In this document: positions 58,183 to 64,000 of the stretch, piece by piece
Position numbering within the stretch: the stretch's first letter is position 1
Layout of the letters: the number at the start of each line of letters is the position of its first letter
NCBI GenBank assembly: GCA_965215505.1
Contig: OZ244065.1
Coordinates: 6,048,001 to 6,112,000, forward strand
Direction of reading: 5' to 3'
DNA from: Capsulimonadaceae bacterium
Lineage (GTDB): Bacteria > Armatimonadota > Armatimonadia > Armatimonadales > Capsulimonadaceae
DNA: 64,000 nt
Position numbers and translations under genes: made by a program
Notes under the pieces: model-generated
What the model was told of the DNA's origin: nothing
What the model saw: only the letters and a program-made list of their open reading frames with translations
Databases searched by the model: none

Positions 58183-60189
58183 TCAGATCGGGAACGTCCG
58201 ATACCCCGCGTGGCCGGTCGCGAGGAAGTACAGGGACCAGAGGGCGGAGATGCCGTAGTCGCCAAGCACCAGGCCGATGAAGAAGGGTAGGGCGGAACGG
58301 TACATCTTGACGCCGCCGTAGCGCAGGATCAGGGACTTGGCGAGCCAGCCCAGAAGCACCGGGAACCAGATCCAGGTCATGGTGTCCGTGCTGCCCACGG
58401 CGTACCCGATGGGGTGCAGCGGCCACCAGGTGAAGCGCGTCCGCAGGAACCCCATGACCGTCACGACGACCAGCCCGACGAGGGCGGCGCTGATGCGGGC
58501 GGTGTCAGCGGGCTTGGGGGCGTTCAGCCAGCCCTGCAAGTCGTCGAACCCGTAGTGGCCCTGCCCCGTCCGCCAGTCGTTGACGTGCGCGCTGGCCGCC
58601 CCGAAGTGGTAGTAGATGCCCAGGCACGAAACCCAGGCGGCGAGGCAGCCGACCAGGATGGCGACGAAGACGGCCGCAGTCAGGTGGCGCGGGTTCATCG
58701 GGCGCGGCCCGGTCGAGTCGGCGATCTTCATGGCCTCGATCTCGGCGGGCTGGCCCAGGCAGCGCCAGTCCGAGTCGAACCAGCGGACGAACGAGAAGGC
58801 GACCAGCTCGCGCGGCGCGAAGGCCTCCGTCCCGCCCAGGTTAACCATGTTCCCGTGCGTCAGGTTGTAGGGCGCCTGCCCCCAGGGCAGGCCCGCCTCG
58901 GCCCGGATGCGCGTGAAGGTCAGGGCCAGCAGCAGCAGGCCAACCCAGAAGATCAGCGACACCCAGAGCGACAGGCCCAGGGCGACCCCGAAGCCGACCA
59001 GCAGCGCCGACGAGCCGAACAGGCCGAGGTAGGCCGCCCGGTAGGACATCGGCTCGGCCGAGTCATCCACGTCCGTCGCCCCCCGGAACGCCTTACGCCA
59101 GGCCTCGGAAAGCTGCGGCCGGGCCAGGACCAGCGAGTAGAGGGCCAGCCCGAGGAAGGCCCCGACGCCCTGCTCGGCGGTGTAAGGCATGTTCGCCAGG
59201 GTCGGGCCCGCGCCCGGATCGCGGAAGCCGAGCGAGGTCGCGCCGACGTTCTGAAGCTTGGTGAACAGATAGAAGAACCAGCAGGAGAACGACACGTCCA
59301 GCGACAGCAGGTAGGTCAGGCCGATGACGAGCGGGTAGAAGGCCATCGTCGTGTATCCAATGGCGTTCCACGGTGTCGTCTTGATGCCCTGCTCCAGTTG
59401 CAGGCCGATCTCGGGCTTGATCGGGATGTACGGGAACGTCGGGATCAGCGTGAAGTGGATCGCCGCAACGCTCTCCAGCACGACCGGGATGCCGACGCCC
59501 AGCCACAGCAGGCGGTTCATCCACAGCGGCGTGCTGCCGCCGTCGCGCGTGATCTCCAGCGGGATCTGGACGATGGGGAAGATCAGCCGCTCCCGGTCCA
59601 CCCACTGACGCCGGAGCAGGGCGGCGATGCAGTAGAAGCAGAACAGCAGGGTGAAGATGAACCCGGTCCAGACGGCCACCGGCCCGGCCCAGGCCGCCAG
59701 GTGCTGGGCGGTGAACAGCGTCGTCTGGCCCTTGTAGTAGTCGGTCGCCGTGCCCGCATTGGGAACGGCCCAGGCCGGAATGAAGTGCTGCCAGTTGTCC
59801 CACTTGTTCTCGCGCGTCGCGTAATACTTCCAGCCGACCAGGGCGGGCGTCAGGAACTGCATCATGCCGATGCCGCCGATGTAGATGGCGACCGTGTTCA
59901 TGGTGTAGATGAACATCAGCTCGGCCTGCGTCAAGGCCAGGGCGGGCCGGTACTTCTTGACGCCCAGGTTGATGCCGATCACGACCAGCAGGGCGAACAG
60001 GACGGCCATCGGCAGCGACATGGCCGCGAGGTCCGGGCCGGCGGCAACGATCTCGGTGTATTCCAGCCAGAAGTCGAGCAGGGGGATCAGGAGCAGGCCG
60101 ATGATCCAGGCGCGCGGCGTGATGCCGCTCCACCGGGCCGCCTGCGGCTTCGGGGCGGCGGTGTCGGGTCGTTTCTGTGTCAGGGACAT
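58183..60189 (-). CDS. Large polytopic membrane protein (DUF6785/DUF6784-like putative transporter)
   Basis: RRQW...ERL.FP, R.RAE.G, WWPLHPIGY, LRYGG...Y...PFFIGL. Confidence 0.8.
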   Translation of the reverse strand: MSLTQKRPDTAAPKPQAARWSGITPRAWIIGLLLIPLLDFWLEYTEIVAAGPDLAAMSLPMAVLFALLVVIGINLGVKKYRPALALTQAELMFIYTMNTVAIYIGGIGMMQFLTPALVGWKYYATRENKWDNWQHFIPAWAVPNAGTATDYYKGQTTLFTAQHLAAWAGPVAVWTGFIFTLLFCFYCIAALLRRQWVDRERLIFPIVQIPLEITRDGGSTPLWMNRLLWLGVGIPVVLESVAAIHFTLIPTFPYIPIKPEIGLQLEQGIKTTPWNAIGYTTMAFYPLVIGLTYLLSLDVSFSCWFFYLFTKLQNVGATSLGFRDPGAGPTLANMPYTAEQGVGAFLGLALYSLVLARPQLSEAWRKAFRGATDVDDSAEPMSYRAAYLGLFGSSALLVGFGVALGLSLWVSLIFWVGLLLLALTFTRIRAEAGLPWGQAPYNLTHGNMVNLGGTEAFAPRELVAFSFVRWFDSDWRCLGQPAEIEAMKIADSTGPRPMNPRHLTAAVFVAILVGCLAAWVSCLGIYYHFGAASAHVNDWRTGQGHYGFDDLQGWLNAPKPADTARISAALVGLVVVTVMGFLRTRFTWWPLHPIGYAVGSTDTMTWIWFPVLLGWLAKSLILRYGGVKMYRSALPFFIGLVLGDYGISALWSLYFLATGHAGYRTFPI

Positions 60190-60230
60190 AAGGCTTCGGT
60201 GTCTCAGTGTGTGGCGTTGTCAGCGTCGCT

Positions 60231-60259
60231 ATAGTAACACACGCGGCGCGGGTTGTCAA
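60231..60259 (-). promoter_or_regulatory. Sigma70 promoter
   Basis: Minus strand TTGACA-17 bp-TACTAT. Confidence 0.6.
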
Positions 60260-60296
60260 CCGTTCGCAGAGCGGGGAGATGATAGGGATGGGACGT

Positions 60297-60335
60297 GAAA
60301 AAGCCGCTGCGTCTGTTGACGCAGCGGCCTTTTTC
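60297..60335 (-). terminator. Terminator hairpin
   Basis: aaaaagccgctgcgtc / gacgcagcggccttttt. Confidence 0.65.
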
Positions 60336-60342
60336 CGCCCCC

Positions 60343-61323
60343 TTAGTTTCCGTCCGCTCTTCCTGGAGCAAGAACTATTTCGCTTAATGGTTCCCCGTGC
60401 GAGGCGTAGAGCGCCCTGATGTGTTGACGCAAGAGCGGGTTACTCCCTCGGTACACCCGAGCCATACCGTTGATGACGGCTGATGTGATGTGTTTGTCCT
60501 GGGTGGGTCCCGGCTTCAGCAGCATCCCCATCAGGATATCCGGCGCGTCAGCGGGTTTCAGCCAGACCAAGTCCTCGACCGCCTCGGAAAGAACCCAGAA
60601 TGAACTGGACGGATCAGAAAGCAGCGCCTGCCAACTCGGCGCGGCTTGGGCGCTGGGCATGGAAAACAGGGCATTGATCAGTATGTTTCTTTTGGCGACA
60701 GGCTCCGCCGGACTCAACCGGAGGATAGTCTTCTCCAGATTCTGCCCGGTAGATCGAAGGCGAGCGGTGTCTGCTTTGGCGATGGTCAGCGGGAAACTGA
60801 TGTCCTGCGCGCTCACTTCGCCGTCTGCGGGTGCCGAAGCAGCGACGACACGGTAGAACAGATGCACATGAGCCACCAGAGTGTATCTCCCGGCGGCCTG
60901 CGTGGGGAACCATTGACTTGCGACCACATAGCCTTCCAAGGTGCTGTGGGCGTTGATTAACCCCGGTGTGCTGAAATTACTCGTGAGTGATCCGAAGCTG
61001 TTTCCAGAGTCCTGCTGGCGGGCGGTCGGAACTGAGCGTCCGGCGACGGCATGGCCCGACGCATCCACGAGACTCAGGGACAGCCAGTTGCTACAGTCTT
61101 CTCTCATGCCGATGAATCTGGTTGCTTGAAACTCATTCTTGATGCTGTATCTCAGGATGACCGGTTCCCCCTGCGTGATGGTGCTGCTGGAAGCGAGGGA
61201 GATAGCCGCATTCAAGTCTGCACCCGGCGTCTGGGCCTGGGCAGAAACTCCAGCGAGTGCGATGAGGGCGGTACAAGCCGCCACTGTTCTCCTGAGCAGT
61301 ATCGGAGCGGTATTTTGCTTCAT
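60343..61323 (-). CDS. Secreted hypothetical protein (Ig-like N-domain plus helical C-domain)
   Basis: Signal peptide ending AQA; GEPVILRYSIKN...GRYTL beta pattern; AGGAG RBS; lower GC. Confidence 0.7.
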   Translation of the reverse strand: MKQNTAPILLRRTVAACTALIALAGVSAQAQTPGADLNAAISLASSSTITQGEPVILRYSIKNEFQATRFIGMREDCSNWLSLSLVDASGHAVAGRSVPTARQQDSGNSFGSLTSNFSTPGLINAHSTLEGYVVASQWFPTQAAGRYTLVAHVHLFYRVVAASAPADGEVSAQDISFPLTIAKADTARLRSTGQNLEKTILRLSPAEPVAKRNILINALFSMPSAQAAPSWQALLSDPSSSFWVLSEAVEDLVWLKPADAPDILMGMLLKPGPTQDKHITSAVINGMARVYRGSNPLLRQHIRALYASHGEPLSEIVLAPGRADGN

Positions 61324-61333
61324 TTTGCTTCTC

Positions 61334-62624
61334 CTAAGGCAGACTCTTCAAAGCCGAGTGACCATGGGCGCTGATTGAGTATAGGCCGGTGGTCCCCGCA
61401 GCATTAGTGGCAGAGACGGTACGGGTGATGGTGGACGGCGAATTGTTGTCCGGCCCAGGGATTTTCGTCCCGACTTCGCCCGTTGTGCTGTCATCGAAAA
61501 GATAGTTCTGGGTGGCCGACCAAGATGTAGACGGCGTAGGGTAGGGCGCGACGAATCCTGACGTTGGAGGACTAAAACCGTCTATTACATAGCCCTGAAG
61601 CAGATATGGGAAGTTGATCTTGTTCGGGGTGTTGTAAGAATATGGCTGTGGCGGATCTGTATCCTGACGGAAAGCCACCGGCGGAGAGGGAGGAACATAG
61701 AATCCAGTGACATAGCCACCCGGAGGTGCAGGGTTTCCGCTCCAGCCGAGGGTTTCATAGGCACTGATTGATGTCAAATCAGCTACATTTCCGTCTGTTG
61801 AGCTGATGGAGTAGTGAAAGGAAAGTCGTCCGCCGATGTTGTCTACATATACCGCAGGACTGGTGCCATCAGGCGTGAGGCGCATATTGTACGGCTGTGC
61901 GTGGATGGAAGCACCGTAGCTGACGCTGGCTTTGGCACCATAGTACCAGATGGGGGAAGTGACCGTGGTGTGAGCCGTCACCGTGTGCTTGTCCACGGCG
62001 ACCGTTCCGTTGCTGACGGGGTAGCTCTTGAAGTGTTGGATATTTGAGCCGGTGGGGTAGGTCTGGTCAGGAGGAGGCCCCGAACAGCCTTTCTCGCTGT
62101 AAGGGGATTGCATCACGTCGCCCTCACTATCCCCCAAGCCATTGGCGGCAGAGCCGCTGACGGAGCCTGGATGCTGGTCGTCGCCGGAGTCCGCCGACCA
62201 GAAGGCGGTCGCGCTCTCCTGCACCAACACGTTGTCGGGGGGCGGGTCGGTGGTTGAGTTCAGACCATCCGCAGGTTTCCAAATGAATGTGACTTGGACA
62301 CTGATGGTACTGGTGAGATCGCATCCCGTGCCGCTGGAATAGCCTGTTCGGGCGACTTGATAGGCAGCAACGCCAGCACTAAAGCCTGGATAAACTGTGG
62401 CGTTGCCGTTTGCATCTTTAGTATGAAGGGAAGTCGGGGATGTAGCCTAGGTTCCCGCTACCCGTGAAGCTTGTCCCTTTGTTGTCACCGACGATGGTAT
62501 AGGTTCAGGAGCCGGCCCTGGCACTGGGACAGGAGAAGAGCATCGCCATCAAGGCGAGGCCGGAGAGTGCGAAAATCTTATATAATATAAGACGTGCGCG
62601 GCGAACGAGAGGGCAGTGGTACAT
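61334..62624 (-). pseudogene. Secreted Ser/Thr/Pro/Gly-rich protein with nonsense and frameshift
   Basis: ATG 62624 gives signal peptide ...FSCPSARA-GS*TYT (TGA 62507-62505); the main frame is open from 62446 to 61334 in a different phase. Confidence 0.65.
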
Positions 62625-62910
62625 GAGTGGGACCCGCCTTTGGACTCACCAGCTGTGGTGGTCTTCGTCATCAACGCCAACTTCCTCACTCATCATTGCA
62701 TTACCCCCGACGGTTTGTCAAGCGGTTCTGAAAATAGGTCTAAGATGGCTTGCTGTAAAGTTCATCACTTTGTGACAAGAGATGGGTTGAAGGAAGCCGC
62801 CCGGCACCGCAGGGCGGCTTACTCTCTGCCTGATCGCGCCAAACCCGGCGCGCGCTGCTTTTGTGCTATAGTGGGAGTAGACTCGGACGCAGTGGGGCAG
62901 GAGGTGGAAC

Positions 62911-63180
62911 GTGGCACAGAAAGCAAAAATCCGGAGGCCGGGGGGGCGCATCGCCGGCTCGGCCCCGCAGAGCAATGGAACGAACGGTTCAGCGAACAAC
63001 GGGGCGAACGGCTTCCACAAGGCCGACCCCGAGCCGCCGCTGCTGGGCAAGGATCACCCGCTGGCGCACATCGCAGGCAGTTACAAGGATGATCCTTTTT
63101 GGGATGAGCTCATCCAAATCATGAAGGATGAGCGCCTCAGGGAAGACGAGCGCTACTTGAAGGACCTGAAGGGCGAGTGA
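62911..63180 (+). CDS. Putative antitoxin
   Basis: HPLAHIAGSYKDDPFWDELIQ; AGGAGG RBS; directly upstream of a PIN gene. Confidence 0.7.
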   Translation: MAQKAKIRRPGGRIAGSAPQSNGTNGSANNGANGFHKADPEPPLLGKDHPLAHIAGSYKDDPFWDELIQIMKDERLREDERYLKDLKGE

Positions 63181-63184
63181 CGTT

Positions 63185-63633
63185 TTGTACCTTCTGGATA
63201 GCGACACATACAGCCGGTTCCAGCAGGGACATGAAAGGGTTACGGCTCGGCTGCTGTCCGCGCCGCGCGGCAGGATTTGGCTCCCAGCCATCTTGGTGGA
63301 AGAACAGCTCCGTGGCCGATTGTCGGTGCTTGCTGGTCTAAACCCAAGCCAGGCTGTGGACTCCCTGCGTGTGCCGCAGGCTTACGGGCTGCTGTTAAAG
63401 ACGCTGCGCGACCTTCAGGACTTTCAACACCTTCCCTACACCCCTGATGCCGAGGCCCTGTACCAATCCTGGCCCGCCGCTACCAATCCTGGTCCGCCGC
63501 CGTCATGCGGCTGGGGACACGCGACTGCCGGATCGCGGCCACGGCCATCGTCAGCGGCTTCACGGTCATCACCTGTAACACGCGCCACTTCCAGCCCATC
63601 CCCAGCGTCAGGGTGGAGGACTGGAGCGTCTAG
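63185..63633 (+). pseudogene. VapC/PIN toxin frameshifted by a 20-bp tandem duplication
   Basis: YLLDSD, EEQLRG; taccaatcctgg(c/t)ccgccgc x2 at 63461-63500; removing one copy restores RLGTRDCRIAATAIVSGFTVITCNTRHF...VEDWSV*. Confidence 0.88.
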
Positions 63634-63663
63634 CTCCGTGCCCCGTCCCCTGCCGGTCCATCC

Positions 63664-64000
63664 CTATTGAACAGCAATGACCGCCGTGGCCGTGGCGGAG
63701 CGGCCCTGCGTGTCGGTGACGTAGCACAGCACCGTGTCCGTCTCGGCGGCGGCGGGCGCGGTGAACGTCGCCTGGGCGGGGTTTGTCGCGCTTTGGACCA
63801 CCGTGCCCGTGCCGGTGGCGATGGAGAAGTGGTAAGTGGGGGTGCCGCCCGCGACGACGGCGGTGAGGAGGTCCGTCTGGCCCGACGTGACCACGCCCGA
63901 GGCGGCGGAGAGGAGGACGGTCAGCGCGGGCACGACGGGCGTCCCGGCCCGCAGCGTGACGGTGCGCGCCACCGTGTCGCCACGCGCGTTGGTGACGGTG
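63664..64000 (-). CDS. C-terminus of a Thr/Ala/Val-rich Ig/PKD-like extracellular protein (partial)
   Basis: GGTPTYHFS...ATFTAP...VTDTQGRSAT beta-sandwich pattern; frame runs off the window edge. Confidence 0.6.
   Translation of the reverse strand, partial: TVTNARGDTVARTVTLRAGTPVVPALTVLLSAASGVVTSGQTDLLTAVVAGGTPTYHFSIATGTGTVVQSATNPAQATFTAPAAAETDTVLCYVTDTQGRSATATAVIAVQ

Noticed and set aside
18550-62507. TGA at expected Trp positions in two genes (18550, 62505-62507), suggesting UGA recoding
   Set aside because: Many intact genes here end in TGA and use TGG for Trp; both affected genes also carry frameshifts, so simple G-to-A nonsense decay is more likely

Overview
GC-rich bacterial chromosomal segment. 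Prepilin/H-X9-DG (DUF1559-like) proteins, a diderm-type secretin pilus operon and Firmicute-like yacL-ispDF synteny suggest Armatimonadota; this is inference only. Core genes are the end of the ATP synthase operon (atpG-atpD-atpC), yacL-ispDF-hpf, a PFK/PfkB sugar-kinase pair, trxB, ispG, a pilM-N-O-(P)-Q-B-HDOD-pilT type IV pilus operon, and sugar catabolism genes (SorE-like, SrlD-like, rhamnulokinase-like, class II aldolase). Accessory patches sit between them. (1) An orphan gene and a REPIN-like hairpin lie inside the atp operon. (2) A TetR-controlled OsmC-rhodanese-ACAD operon has a decaying ABC transporter. (3) A ~5 kb module, bounded by ~50 bp imperfect direct repeats, carries an ECF-like sigma, an IS1-disrupted CxC protein, a membrane protein, an 8-Cys secreted mini-protein, a prepilin and a GT2. 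(4) A HEPN-like gene is paired with a BolA-like gene. (5) A pseudogenised secreted-protein pair is present. (6) A VapBC-like locus has its toxin frameshifted by a 20-bp tandem duplication. No rRNA, tRNA or CRISPR array was seen. All protein-family calls come from motif recognition by eye, not database searches.
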